Below, piece by piece: positions 52,547-62,402 of a stretch of 64,000 nucleotides of DNA. The notes beneath the pieces are model-generated. The model made no database searches, had not been told where the DNA came from, and saw nothing but the letters and a program-made list of their open reading frames with translations. Origin of the DNA: Leptolyngbyaceae cyanobacterium. Lineage in GTDB: Bacteria > Cyanobacteriota > Cyanobacteriia > Phormidesmidales > Phormidesmidaceae. How positions within the stretch are numbered: position 1 is the stretch's first letter; every line of letters begins with the position of its first letter. Both the position numbers and the translations under genes were made by a program. Where the stretch lies: positions 2,016,001 through 2,080,000 of the forward strand of contig CBDHHL010000056.1 of NCBI GenBank assembly GCA_965263355.1. The letters are read 5' to 3'.

Positions 52547-53998
52547 ATGAAGCTTGTGAATCGTTTTGAACTACTCGAAATTTTAGACCAAGGTGGCTAT
52601 GGCATCACCTACCGAGCAATCGATCACCATCAGCCCAGTCACCCTGATTGTGTCGTTAAACAGCTGATCCACACCACGCCTAAAATTCTAGAGATGTTTC
52701 GCCAGGAGGCCAGTACCCTGGAAACAATAGGGGCACACTCCCGCATTCCTAAACTGTTGGCATATTTTGATGAGGGCAACAAATTTTACATTGCTCAGGA
52801 AATGATCCATGGCCATGATCTGAGACAAGAAATAAAAGCAGGTAAATCGCTGGACGAAAGTTATGTCACCAAGTTATTAAAAGATGTCTTGAGCGTCCTG
52901 GCCTTTGTTCATCAGCATCAAACCATTCATCGAGACATTAAGCCCGCAAACTTAATTCGTCAGGCTAGTAACGGCGATATTTTTTTAATTGACTTTGGAG
53001 TTGTCAAAGCCCTCAGCAATAGCAAAATCGACAACAAAGGACAGATGACGGCCACGGTTAACGTAGGCACACCGGGCTATGTTGCCCCTGAACAAGCACA
53101 GGGTAAACCCTGCTACGCCAGCGATCTCTATTCAGTTGGTATGTTGGCGATTGCTGCCCTCACTGACATTCATCCCCGTCAGTTAACAATTCATCCCTTA
53201 ACCCATCAGGTGCAATGGTCCAATGACAACATCAATCCAGCACTTAGAACCTTTATCAAACGGCTAGTAGAGCCTAATCCTAAGCATCGCTATCTGACTG
53301 CAGTCGAGGCTCTCAAAGGGTTTGAAAGAACCATTACAGGCATACGTGTGGGGCAAGATAGTCAACTCCCCACCCATGTTGCCGCCGGAGTTCAAGCCCC
53401 TGTGGAGTCTGAACCACCAACAAAATCGGCAAAGTTAATCCCGCCAAAACTGATTTTAAAGGTTATCGGTGCGATTACAGTGGTCTTACTCATGCTAGGG
53501 TTTGGTGTCAAAGGCTATCAATGGGCTGCCTACAACATTAGCCGCCGTTGGGACACAGTCACAGCAACGCCTAAAAGTTATGACAAAGCAAGACCAGATG
53601 AATTGGTTGCCCTGCTAGATGATGGCAGCATCCAGGCCAGACCAGAAATGGTAGACGCGTTTTGGAGCATGGTCGCTGCCGCCCAAAACGAAGGGGTGGC
53701 GCTGTTACCACTGGCAGGATATATCTCTTTATCTGATCAGCGTACACGCCTCAAGGAGAGAACAGATATCGATATTGAACAATGGCTAAAACAAAGTGAT
53801 TATCACAGCGGCTATGCTGTTGCCATTGGCGACAAAAATGCTGATGAGAGCACTGACTGGGATAGTAGCTTTGCAACAACAGATGGCTATCGCTGGCTAA
53901 AGCGCTATGCCAAAAACTATGGTTTCGAACTGTCTTACCCCCAGGGCAACCTGGCTGGAGAAGATGAGCCCTGGCACTGGCGCTATAGCGCTGAATAA
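52547..53998 (+). CDS. Membrane Ser/Thr kinase fused to a degenerate VanY/M15B peptidase domain
   Basis: GGYGITY, VVKQL, HRDIKPAN, DFG, GTPGYVAPE; one TM; C-terminal SDYHSGYAVA and EPWHWRY. Confidence 0.9.
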   Translation: MKLVNRFELLEILDQGGYGITYRAIDHHQPSHPDCVVKQLIHTTPKILEMFRQEASTLETIGAHSRIPKLLAYFDEGNKFYIAQEMIHGHDLRQEIKAGKSLDESYVTKLLKDVLSVLAFVHQHQTIHRDIKPANLIRQASNGDIFLIDFGVVKALSNSKIDNKGQMTATVNVGTPGYVAPEQAQGKPCYASDLYSVGMLAIAALTDIHPRQLTIHPLTHQVQWSNDNINPALRTFIKRLVEPNPKHRYLTAVEALKGFERTITGIRVGQDSQLPTHVAAGVQAPVESEPPTKSAKLIPPKLILKVIGAITVVLLMLGFGVKGYQWAAYNISRRWDTVTATPKSYDKARPDELVALLDDGSIQARPEMVDAFWSMVAAAQNEGVALLPLAGYISLSDQRTRLKERTDIDIEQWLKQSDYHSGYAVAIGDKNADESTDWDSSFATTDGYRWLKRYAKNYGFELSYPQGNLAGEDEPWHWRYSAE

Positions 53999-54129
53999 AT
54001 GGAACGGGTATTTGTGGGCCGAGTTATAGTGGCCTTTGCCCTGGTAATTGCCGGTTATTTTGGTCAGTCACTATTCAGTCAATATATTGATACGCTAATG
54101 TTGGAGAAGGAACCACCCTAACTACCCCC

Positions 54130-54771
54130 ATGGTCGCCCTTCCATCATTAGTTCCACCGCCTCAGCCCAGAGGCGAACAACGAGTCATCTTTCATAATCT
54201 TACCTGGGACGCTTATCAGCAAGTTTTACGAGCGCTAGGCACAAATCGCTCAGCTCGACTGGTTTATGACTGTGGCACGTTAGAAATTACTATGCCTCTT
54301 GAAGTCCATGAGTTTTATAGTGAACTGATTGGCCGTTTCATTTATTTTCTAGTGTCAGAAATGGGTCTAAAGCTTAAAAGCATGGGGTCAACTACCCTGG
54401 ACCGAGAAGATTTGGAGAAAGGGGCTGAACCAGACAAAGCCTATTACATTCAGAATCAGCCCAAGGTAGCTGGTAAAACGGTTGACTTAAGCCAGGATCC
54501 ACCACCAGATTTAGTAGTTGAGATAGATATTACCCATACGGATATCGACAAGCTGACGCTCTATGCCCGCATGGGAGTATCAGAATTTTGGCGATATGAC
54601 GGCAATATTTGGCATATTTATGAGTTAATTGATCATAAATACCGACAAGTTGAGATAAGCCCAACGTTTTCGTTTGTGCCTAAGGAGAAACTCTATGAGT
54701 TTTTAGAACAGGCACAGGTGGATGAAATTGAAGCAGAAAAGAGTTTACGCCAATGGATTAGAGAATCTTAA
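54130..54771 (+). CDS. Uma2 family endonuclease
   Basis: LTWDAY, LEITMP, GAEPDKAYY, PDLVVEIDIT, EFWRYDG. Confidence 0.9.
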   Translation: MVALPSLVPPPQPRGEQRVIFHNLTWDAYQQVLRALGTNRSARLVYDCGTLEITMPLEVHEFYSELIGRFIYFLVSEMGLKLKSMGSTTLDREDLEKGAEPDKAYYIQNQPKVAGKTVDLSQDPPPDLVVEIDITHTDIDKLTLYARMGVSEFWRYDGNIWHIYELIDHKYRQVEISPTFSFVPKEKLYEFLEQAQVDEIEAEKSLRQWIRES

Positions 54772-54796
54772 AAGAGGATACCCAACGGTTTGTCCC

Positions 54797-55260
54797 CTAT
54801 GACCATATGCGTCTCAAGTCTAGAATAAAGCCAGGTAATATACTTTCTCCTGAAAGGGTTTCTGGATTTTTAATATAACGTTCTCTTGTCCTGCTCGATA
54901 AATTTCTACGCATTTAGTTTGTGGATCGATTAACCAGCCTAAACTAGCGCCATTATTCACATACTCTTGCATTTTCTCTTGCAGCTTTGTCAAGCTATCG
55001 GAGGCCGAACGTAGCTCAGTAACAAAGTCAGGACATAGGGAAATAAACCTCTAACGCTGTTCTAGGCTCAAGGCTTCCCAACGTTCTAAGGGTATCCAGA
55101 AAGCATCAGGGGAACGATCCCCGCCCCGTTGGGCAGATGGAAGCTGGTTGATGAATCGAAGGCAATGCCGCTACCGCCTTGTTCTTCTATCCATTTGACT
55201 AGGAAGTAGGCAATTTTAATATTGCGATGGCCAGTTTCTCCGCCAGTCGGTGGATTTACA
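54797..55260 (-). pseudogene. Uma2 family pseudogene, 5'-truncated
   Basis: PPTGGETGHRN, FDSSTSFHLPNG, frameshift, RSPDA, internal TAG, CPDFVTELRS, LGWLIDP, frameshift, LPGFILDL. Confidence 0.85.
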
Positions 55261-55267
55261 CGGTTAG

Positions 55268-55400
55268 TAACGTTGGGTTAATGCAAGGTATCCCGATGAG
55301 GCGAAACATGTTGGTGGAGGGTTAACCCAACCTACGTTTATGGGTGTTGGTAGGGCCAAGCGGGTCTTCGGGGTTATCCTACCAAAACGCTTGGCCCAGG
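55268..55400. repeat. REP-like hairpins at a deletion junction
   Basis: GTTGGGTTAA...TTAACCCAAC(CTAC) and GGGCCAAGCG...CGCTTGGCCC. Confidence 0.55.
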
Positions 55401-55401
55401 G

Positions 55402-55737
55402 TTATTTTTGGAGGTGGTTACCCACGTCGCCGGAGAACGGTTCTGGACTCCCAAATGTACGCTCGATAAATTCCTGCACCAGATAAAACCGATTTGTCTG
55501 CTCAAATGACGCTAACAGTCGAGGAATCTGGTCATGCTCCCCCAGCCGCTCCAGCATTTCAGCTTCCTGATGGAATAGGCGAATAATTTGAGGATCGTTT
55601 TGATGATGGTGATGTAGTTCTTTCACCACACATAGAGGCTTTCCTGGCCGCATTGTATCTTTAGCCAGGTGGGTAATTCCAAATCCACCTTGGCTAAGTT
55701 GCTTAATGACTTGATAACGACCACCCAACATATGCAT
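55402..55737 (-). pseudogene. Truncated Ser/Thr kinase (N-lobe only)
   Basis: GRYQVIKQLSQGGFGITH, CVVKEL, HDQIPRL, YLVQEFIE, then unrelated tail; no HRD or DFG. Confidence 0.85.
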
Positions 55738-55897
55738 TTTGCCTAGGAACACACTGATATATCAATTGATACATATCTGATAATTGATAACAGGTAAACC
55801 ACTTTATTTTCCGGTATTCCTTCGAATCTTGAAAAGATACTAGATAATAAAAGCGGCAATTGTCCTTTAAAGAATTGTTTTTAGTGGTTCTTTAACA

Positions 55898-56971
55898 TCA
55901 AATTAATGGCTCACAGACGACTCGGAAGCCAAAGGAATTACTACGGCCTTCTTGGGTATTTTTATCGCGGGCGGCTGAACGACAAACAGGCGTATCGTTA
56001 AACCAAGAACCACCCCGCATGACCTTAGACGCATTGGCCTTGTTCGACACCCATTGGTTTGCATCACTAGGAGCACCGTTATAACTATCGTGATAATCAT
56101 CAGAACACCACTCATGCACATTGCCATGCATGTTGTATAAGCCAAAGGCATTGGGCCAAAAGCTATCGGCAGCGACAGGAATATTGCGATAGTTCTCTTC
56201 AAAGTTCTCGGTAAAGGAGAAATCTGCAAAAAAGTTGGCAATTTCTGTTGTCAGGGTATCACCAAAACAAAATGGAGTTGTTGTCCCAGCGCGACAGGCA
56301 TATTCCCACTCTGCTTCAGTGGGCAACCGATAGGTGCGTTTCGTCAGCTCACTTAGCTGCTGACAAAAAAGATCAGCCTCTTGCCAGGTAATCTGCTCCA
56401 CTGGCAAATTCGTGCCATCCTCAACTTGATCATCGGCAAAGTACGATGGGTTATTCCCCATGACAGCCTCATATTGCTGCTGGGTAATGGCATAGGCCCC
56501 TATATAAAAACTAGGTACCTGGATCGAGCGCTGCGGTCCCTCTTGATCCTGACGGCTGGGCTCAGTGGGCGGAGACCCCATTAAAAACTCCCCTGCCGGT
56601 ATCTGTACCATGCGCAGGGGCAAGGCCTTATTCAAGGCTTGCCGTAGATAGGGTTCATCAAAATAGGCGACCTTAATACTTGGTTCAGCCATTATCTGTC
56701 CATCGGCATCCACCTGCACTGTCTTTAGACTGCGGGTCTTGAGGGGTTGCCCGGTAGGTGCAATGGCTGACGATGCGCTTTTACACCCCACAGCGCCTAC
56801 CGCCGCTGCGGTAGAAAAACCCAGAAATTTCAATGCTTTGCGTCGAGAGCATTGATGCTCAAGTCCCTGACTCGACCAAAGCAGCTGCCCCTGCCCCATA
56901 TCGTCCTTGATAAGAGACGTACCCCCTACAGCACCTAATTTTTTAATGACCTGGTAACGACTGCCTAACAT
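55898..56971 (-). CDS. Formylglycine-generating enzyme (SUMF1) family protein with kinase N-terminal relic
   Basis: IPAGEFLMGS, YRLPTEAEWEYACRAG, NAFGLYNMHGNVHEW, RGGSW, GFRVVC; AAGGA RBS before the ATG at 56971. Confidence 0.88.
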   Translation of the reverse strand: MLGSRYQVIKKLGAVGGTSLIKDDMGQGQLLWSSQGLEHQCSRRKALKFLGFSTAAAVGAVGCKSASSAIAPTGQPLKTRSLKTVQVDADGQIMAEPSIKVAYFDEPYLRQALNKALPLRMVQIPAGEFLMGSPPTEPSRQDQEGPQRSIQVPSFYIGAYAITQQQYEAVMGNNPSYFADDQVEDGTNLPVEQITWQEADLFCQQLSELTKRTYRLPTEAEWEYACRAGTTTPFCFGDTLTTEIANFFADFSFTENFEENYRNIPVAADSFWPNAFGLYNMHGNVHEWCSDDYHDSYNGAPSDANQWVSNKANASKVMRGGSWFNDTPVCRSAARDKNTQEGRSNSFGFRVVCEPLI

Positions 56972-57121
56972 AGATTCCTTAACTAAGGACACCCTTCTCA
57001 GTGATCCAATACCAGATAATTCGTTAGGTTTTGCAGCAACACTGAACTCGCAGCCCAAAAAAAACTAAAACCCAATGTATTCGTGAAGTTTTACAGAGGT
57101 TTTGGTCTGATCACACATCAT

Positions 57122-58846
57122 TTACGGTTGAAACTGCTTAGCGTAAAAGCTGGCATAGCGTCCTGATTGCTGCAGCAACTCTGCATGGGTGCCGGATTCG
57201 ATGATACGGCGTTTTTCCATCACCAGGATGAGATCGCACCCCCTCACCGTCGCCAACCGATGGGCAATGACAAACACCGTCCGTCCCTGCATGAGTCGTT
57301 CCAAGGCTTCCTGCACCAAGACTTCTGACTCGGCATCCAGGGCAGAGGTGGCCTCATCTAAAATTAGGATCTTTGGATCGAAGAGGATAGCGCGTGCGAT
57401 CGCAATCCGCTGCCGCTGCCCTCCCGATAAATTCACACCCCGTTCCCCGACCCAAGTGTGGTAGCCCTGGGAAAACTGACTAATAAATCCATGGGCATTG
57501 GCCACCCGTGCCGCCGCTTCTACATCTGCTAGGTTAAAGTCTTTTTGACCAAACGCAATATTCTCAGCAATCGTTCCTGAAAACAATATATTCTCTTGGG
57601 GAACAATGCCGATCTGATTACGTAAACTTTGCAGCGTTACCGTCCGAATATTAATGCCATCGATCAAAATCTCTCCGGTGGCCACATCATAAAAACGCGG
57701 CAACAGATTCACCAACGTGGTTTTGCCTGCCCCCGATAGACCAACTAATGCAATGGTTTGGCCCGGTTCTGCGGTCAGAGTAACGCCCTGGAGCACTGGC
57801 TGATCGGCCTGATAGGAAAAGCTTACATCCCGATAAGTCACCCGCCCAATTACCTCAGTGAGCGGTTGCGCGTCGGGCACATCTTGCACCAGCGGTTTGA
57901 GTTGCAACAGCTCCAGGGCTCGATCCACGGAGGCCTCCCCCTGCTTAAACTCATTAAAGTTTTGAATCACATGATTCACTGGGTCCAGCAGCAATAGCGC
58001 ATTAATCACATAGGTGCCAAAGCCTTCACTGGCCAGGTTACCAATACTAATTTGCCAGGTGCCCACCAGTAGCAACACCACAATCATCCCAGCATAGAGA
58101 AATCCCACCACCGGAAATTGCACAGCCTGCAACCAGGCAACCGCATAGCGAGCATCACGATTTTGAGCAGAGGCTTGGGCAAAGCGCTCGATTTCATAGT
58201 CTTCTGCCGCAAAGGCTTGGATTAACCGGATACCACTAAAGACTTCGGCAATATGAGACGAGAGATCGGCCACCTTATCCTGGCTACGGCGAGACGCGGT
58301 CAGCATTTTCTCCCCAAACCAGCCAGACAATATAGCCAACAGCGGAATCAGAATTAATGCAGTTCCCGTCAGCTGCCAGTTGAGATAGATCATGTAGCCA
58401 AACACAACCACCAGCTGTAATACCGAGGGAATAAAGTCATGGAAGAGTTTATAAACAACCTCGCCGATGCGATCCACATCTTCAGTGAGACGATAGGCCA
58501 GGTCACCGGTTTTGGTTTGCGCAAAGTAAGGCAGACTGAGCGTTTGTAGATGGCTATAAACACGGGTACGCAACTGATGAGCGACGCGAAACGCAACCTT
58601 GGCCATCAAAGAATCTTGTCCATATTGAGCCGCCTTTTGAATCAGCAAGCCCGCAAGGAGTACGACAGCAACTTGGCCAAAGGCAACAACCTGGCCTTGC
58701 ACCAGGGCAGAAACAGCTAAACCACCCAATTTGGCTAAAATCGGCCAGTAAATCGTGAAGACTAGCGTGCACAAAAAAGCAGGCATCAAGACGGCCTGCT
58801 GGCGACGTATGTAGGGTAGCAGCTGCCAGTAGTGGGGGCGGTTCAA
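57122..58846 (-). CDS. ABC exporter, fused TMD+NBD (MsbA-like)
   Basis: TM domain, GLSGAGKTT, LSGGQRQRIAIAR, ILDEATSALD, IAHRL. Confidence 0.92.
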   Translation of the reverse strand: MNRPHYWQLLPYIRRQQAVLMPAFLCTLVFTIYWPILAKLGGLAVSALVQGQVVAFGQVAVVLLAGLLIQKAAQYGQDSLMAKVAFRVAHQLRTRVYSHLQTLSLPYFAQTKTGDLAYRLTEDVDRIGEVVYKLFHDFIPSVLQLVVVFGYMIYLNWQLTGTALILIPLLAILSGWFGEKMLTASRRSQDKVADLSSHIAEVFSGIRLIQAFAAEDYEIERFAQASAQNRDARYAVAWLQAVQFPVVGFLYAGMIVVLLLVGTWQISIGNLASEGFGTYVINALLLLDPVNHVIQNFNEFKQGEASVDRALELLQLKPLVQDVPDAQPLTEVIGRVTYRDVSFSYQADQPVLQGVTLTAEPGQTIALVGLSGAGKTTLVNLLPRFYDVATGEILIDGINIRTVTLQSLRNQIGIVPQENILFSGTIAENIAFGQKDFNLADVEAAARVANAHGFISQFSQGYHTWVGERGVNLSGGQRQRIAIARAILFDPKILILDEATSALDAESEVLVQEALERLMQGRTVFVIAHRLATVRGCDLILVMEKRRIIESGTHAELLQQSGRYASFYAKQFQP

Positions 58847-58970
58847 GGCGGTGGGAAGATGACTGTCATGGATACGCTACCAGGTTTTCCTGACTTCTTC
58901 ATGAGGGCGGGGACAAGATGCTGCCCTTACCATGATTAAATGTGTACGCACATGGAACTCATACACCGTT

Positions 58971-59549
58971 ATGCCTACTGTCATCGTCGCCACTGGCAAC
59001 CCTGGGAAGTTAAAGGAAATGCAGGTTTACTTGACACCCCTGGGCTGGGACTTGCAGCTCAAGCCTGAGGAGATTGACGTGGATGAAACGGGGACAACAT
59101 TTATGGAAAATGCCCGGTTAAAGGCAAGGGAAGTGGCGATCGCAACTAACCAATGGGCCATTGCCGACGACTCGGGTCTAAAAATCGATGCCTTAAACGG
59201 TGCCCCCGGTCTCTACTCTGCCCGCTACGGCAAGGATGACCAGGACCGCATTAATCGAGTCCTGCGCGAAATGAGTGAGGCCCAAGACCGCAATGCTCAG
59301 TTTGTCTGTGCCCTGGCCCTGGCCCGTCCGGATGGCACCATCGCCCTAGAAACTGAAGGCATCTGCCCTGGTGAAATTCTCACGGAGCCCAAAGGCAGCA
59401 ACGGTTTTGGCTACGACCCCATTTTTTACGTCCCCAGTGAAGGTAAAAGCTTTGCCGAGATGAGCCGTCAGCAAAAAGAAACCTATAGCCATCGGGGCAT
59501 TGCATTTGCCCAAATTATGGAGCAGCTGGAACAGTTGACAATGACCTAA
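58971..59549 (+). CDS. rdgB: Non-canonical purine NTP pyrophosphatase
   Basis: ATGNPGKLKE, ENARLKA, ADDSGL, GAPGLYSAR, GFGYDPIF, SHRG. Confidence 0.95.
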   Translation: MPTVIVATGNPGKLKEMQVYLTPLGWDLQLKPEEIDVDETGTTFMENARLKAREVAIATNQWAIADDSGLKIDALNGAPGLYSARYGKDDQDRINRVLREMSEAQDRNAQFVCALALARPDGTIALETEGICPGEILTEPKGSNGFGYDPIFYVPSEGKSFAEMSRQQKETYSHRGIAFAQIMEQLEQLTMT

Positions 59550-59637
59550 GCAACAAAGGTGAAACTAGAGTCAATCAACAACCAAGTACAAATGAACCTA
59601 TAATATACTAGGATTAGCGTCTGAATTCCCGAGATCT

Positions 59638-59925
59638 ATGGTTGCCACGTCTACCAACTTGAGCATTCGTTGGGAAAAGCTACCCAAGCATTATGTTCTG
59701 CCGGATGATCCTGTGGACAATATTAGCCAACCCTTTATTGCCGCTGCGCTGAGTGAAAACCTTTCTATCGCTGGTCGGATTTCGGCAACAGCCCTGATAA
59801 CAACCAACTACGGCCTCTGTGCCACAGTCAACGATAAAACCGTAGTCAAGGCTCCTGATTGGGCGTTTATACCCCACATCACCGTACCTAGAGCAGACAT
59901 CGAACGGAGTTATACCCCATATTAG
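59638..59925 (+). pseudogene. 3'-truncated Uma2-like gene
   Basis: WEKLP..LPDDPVDNISQP, VVKAPDW, RSYTP, then stop before the VMEF-type motif. Confidence 0.7.
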
Positions 59926-59990
59926 TTTCCCTGCGATATCGGATGCTATCAGTCAGGATTTCGTCTGATTAGCCTTGTGTGAGTAGCAAT

Positions 59991-60019
59991 AAAAAGCTGC
60001 CTTCCACTTAGAAGACAGC
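59991..60019 (-). terminator. psbY terminator
   Basis: Minus strand GCTGTCTTC-TAAGTG-GAAGGCAGC-TTTTT. Confidence 0.7.
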
Positions 60020-60060
60020 CTATATGAGTAATTCGATAACTTTTCGTAACGAAAAGGGCC

Positions 60061-60183
60061 TTATTCTTCGCTAAACATGGATTGAATCTGACCTAGTGCA
60101 GCTTGGAAAATGTTAAACCCTGCCCAGCCCGCAGCTAGGGCAATGGGAGCAAGTACAGCTACAACCCGGAAATCAATGTCCAT
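60061..60183 (-). CDS. psbY: Photosystem II protein Y (not in ORF track)
   Basis: MDIDFRVVAVLAPIALAAGWAGFNIFQAALGQIQSMFSEE*; AGGAGG RBS. Confidence 0.93.
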   Translation of the reverse strand: MDIDFRVVAVLAPIALAAGWAGFNIFQAALGQIQSMFSEE

Positions 60184-60407
60184 TACCGAACCTCCTGCGG
60201 AGAAAAACGTTTTAATAAATACTTAGATACAAGTCTCTCATAAACCATGCTCGGTTTGAAGTGGGGGTATCGGCTTCGCTGAAAGTTATTACCACTAACC
60301 ACCTGTGTTAGCTGGTGGACAATGCCCACCCTACAAATGCCTACAAATGCCTGATGTCTATTACTTGGGGGCATTGCAAGCCCCTAACCGTAGCCCATTT
60401 CCTTTTT

Positions 60408-60665
60408 ATGAAACTACCTGATCTGGACTCCGATACGATGAACCGTGTTATCGAGATGGCATGGGAGGACCGTACCCCATTTGAGGCGATTGAACTTCAA
60501 TATGGCCTCAAGGAAAAGCAGGTCATTGCTTTAATGCGTAGGCAAATGCAGCACTCTAGCTTTAAGATGTGGCGCAAGCGGGTAACCGGACGAAAAACTA
60601 AGCATCTAAAGCAGCGAGGTTTTGACAGCGGTCGCTTCCATTCGCAAAATCAAAAGGGTTCATAA
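60408..60665 (+). CDS. TIGR03643 / DUF2805 family protein
   Basis: RVIEMAWEDRTPFEAI, SFKMWRKRVTGRKTKH. Confidence 0.88.
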   Translation: MKLPDLDSDTMNRVIEMAWEDRTPFEAIELQYGLKEKQVIALMRRQMQHSSFKMWRKRVTGRKTKHLKQRGFDSGRFHSQNQKGS

Positions 60666-60686
60666 CTCACAGCTGTTTCGTTCACT

Positions 60687-61433
60687 ATGACTCATCGTCC
60701 CGTCGCCGCCATTACCGGTGCTTCCAGTGGTATTGGTCGTGCGATCGCAACCCGCCTCGCAGCGGATGGCTATGACTTAGCCCTGTGTGCCCGTCGTCAG
60801 CAGCGTCTGACCGAGCTAGCTGAAAAATTATCCCAGCAGCATGGAGCGGCAGTGCTGACGAAAAATGTTGACCTGCGAGATGAACCACAGATTTTGCAGT
60901 GGTTTAGTGCGATCGCAACCCGCTTTAACCGCCTGGACGTTCTCGTTAATAACGCTGGCCTTGGCTATCAAGAATCCCTCACCAGCGGCAGTACCGCAAA
61001 ATGGCGCGAAACCTTAGAGGTTAATGTCATTGCCCTCTCTATCTGCACCCGTGAAGCGATCCAGCTCATGCGGCATCTGGGTAACGACCAGGGCCATGTG
61101 GTCCATATCAGCTCTATGTCAGGCCATCGAGTTCCCGGTAGCGGCATGTACTCGGCATCTAAATTTGCCGTCCGTGCCCTCACCGAAGGACTACGACAAG
61201 AACTGCGGGCAAATCAAAGCGCTATTCGCATTTCCTCCATCAGTCCTGGCTTTGTGGAAACCGAGTTTGCAGAAAAATACTCCGGTAGCATCGAGCAAGC
61301 TCAACAGGTCTATAGCCAATTCCAAGTGCTGCAGCCCAAGGATATTGCTAACGCTATCGCTTATGTCTTAAGCCAACCTGACTATGTGCAGGTGCATGAC
61401 ATTTTGATCAGACCCACCCACCAGATCAGTTAA
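60687..61433 (+). CDS. SDR family oxidoreductase
   Basis: TGASSGIG, NNAG, YSASK, ISPGFVETEF. Confidence 0.92.
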   Translation: MTHRPVAAITGASSGIGRAIATRLAADGYDLALCARRQQRLTELAEKLSQQHGAAVLTKNVDLRDEPQILQWFSAIATRFNRLDVLVNNAGLGYQESLTSGSTAKWRETLEVNVIALSICTREAIQLMRHLGNDQGHVVHISSMSGHRVPGSGMYSASKFAVRALTEGLRQELRANQSAIRISSISPGFVETEFAEKYSGSIEQAQQVYSQFQVLQPKDIANAIAYVLSQPDYVQVHDILIRPTHQIS

Positions 61434-62296
61434 GCCTGCTCCATCCAGTCAATACAGATTTGCAACTCCTTCGCCATGGCATCGCTGTGAAACCGACGAC
61501 CGTGACCAGGGATTACCCACTCAAAGGGATAGTCTGCCAAACGTTTCATTGACTTGATTTGCTCTGCCCAGGAATACCAACAATAACGGCGGAACGCGTG
61601 GAGGTGCCCCAGGTAAACTGACCAGGCAAGGTGATCGCCTGTGAAGAGAAACTTGTTCTTATATAGCAAGACAGTATGGCCTTTGCTATGGCCAGGGACT
61701 GGAATGATAGTTATGTCAGTTGCCAGCTGATAGGGGGCTTGGCCTGTTAGCTGGATTTCGACAGCTTGGGTGTCGGTGGTAATGTCGTCGGCGTGGAGAA
61801 TGCGATCGCAACCAAAATGCTGCTGAAACTTAGCATGATCCGCCACATCATCCCGATGGGTGAGATACAAATACTGAACGCCTCCCATAGTCTCCAACTG
61901 TTTCACTAAAGGGGGTGTAAACCGAGGAGAATCAATCAACATATTTCCTTCGGGCCGCTGAATCAAGTAGCTAGCAGCGGCATAGGATTTCTCCGAGTGA
62001 TAGCCACAGTGATACACATTGTCCTCAATCAGATCTGGCAGCTGAGCCTGGGCCTGCTTTATATCCTTGGGTGTGGCCACCGTTCCAATTGATGCCGTCG
62101 GACAAGACAACAACGCCTTTAATGATTGAATCCGTTGCTCTGGCGTTTGCGGTTGAGTATGTACTGCCGACATATCTCCATCCCGACCAAACACCTCGGG
62201 AGCCATCCACCGACACGTATCACAATCAATACAAGTAGAATCCACAAACAGATCGCCGTCAACATTCTCCTGGCGACGGGCCGTAAGCTGAGCCAT
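61430..62296 (-). CDS. Ferredoxin-MBL fold metallo-hydrolase
   Basis: CIDCDTC..CP, THRDDVADH, PGHSKG, FTGDH, IPGHG. Confidence 0.88.
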   Translation of the reverse strand: MAQLTARRQENVDGDLFVDSTCIDCDTCRWMAPEVFGRDGDMSAVHTQPQTPEQRIQSLKALLSCPTASIGTVATPKDIKQAQAQLPDLIEDNVYHCGYHSEKSYAAASYLIQRPEGNMLIDSPRFTPPLVKQLETMGGVQYLYLTHRDDVADHAKFQQHFGCDRILHADDITTDTQAVEIQLTGQAPYQLATDITIIPVPGHSKGHTVLLYKNKFLFTGDHLAWSVYLGHLHAFRRYCWYSWAEQIKSMKRLADYPFEWVIPGHGRRFHSDAMAKELQICIDWMEQA

Positions 62297-62335
62297 AATA
62301 CTACCCCGCTGTGTTTTCTCTCCAGTCTAGTCAAT

Positions 62336-62398
62336 AGAACTCAAACCGTTGGCTGAGTGAAACAGAACTCAAACCGTTCGCTGAGCGAAGCCAAAGCC
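62336..62398. repeat. Short tandem repeat / REP-like unit
   Basis: AGAACTCAAACCGTT(G/C)GCTGAG x2, followed by CGAAGCC. Confidence 0.7.
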
Positions 62399-62402
62399 AC
62401 GG

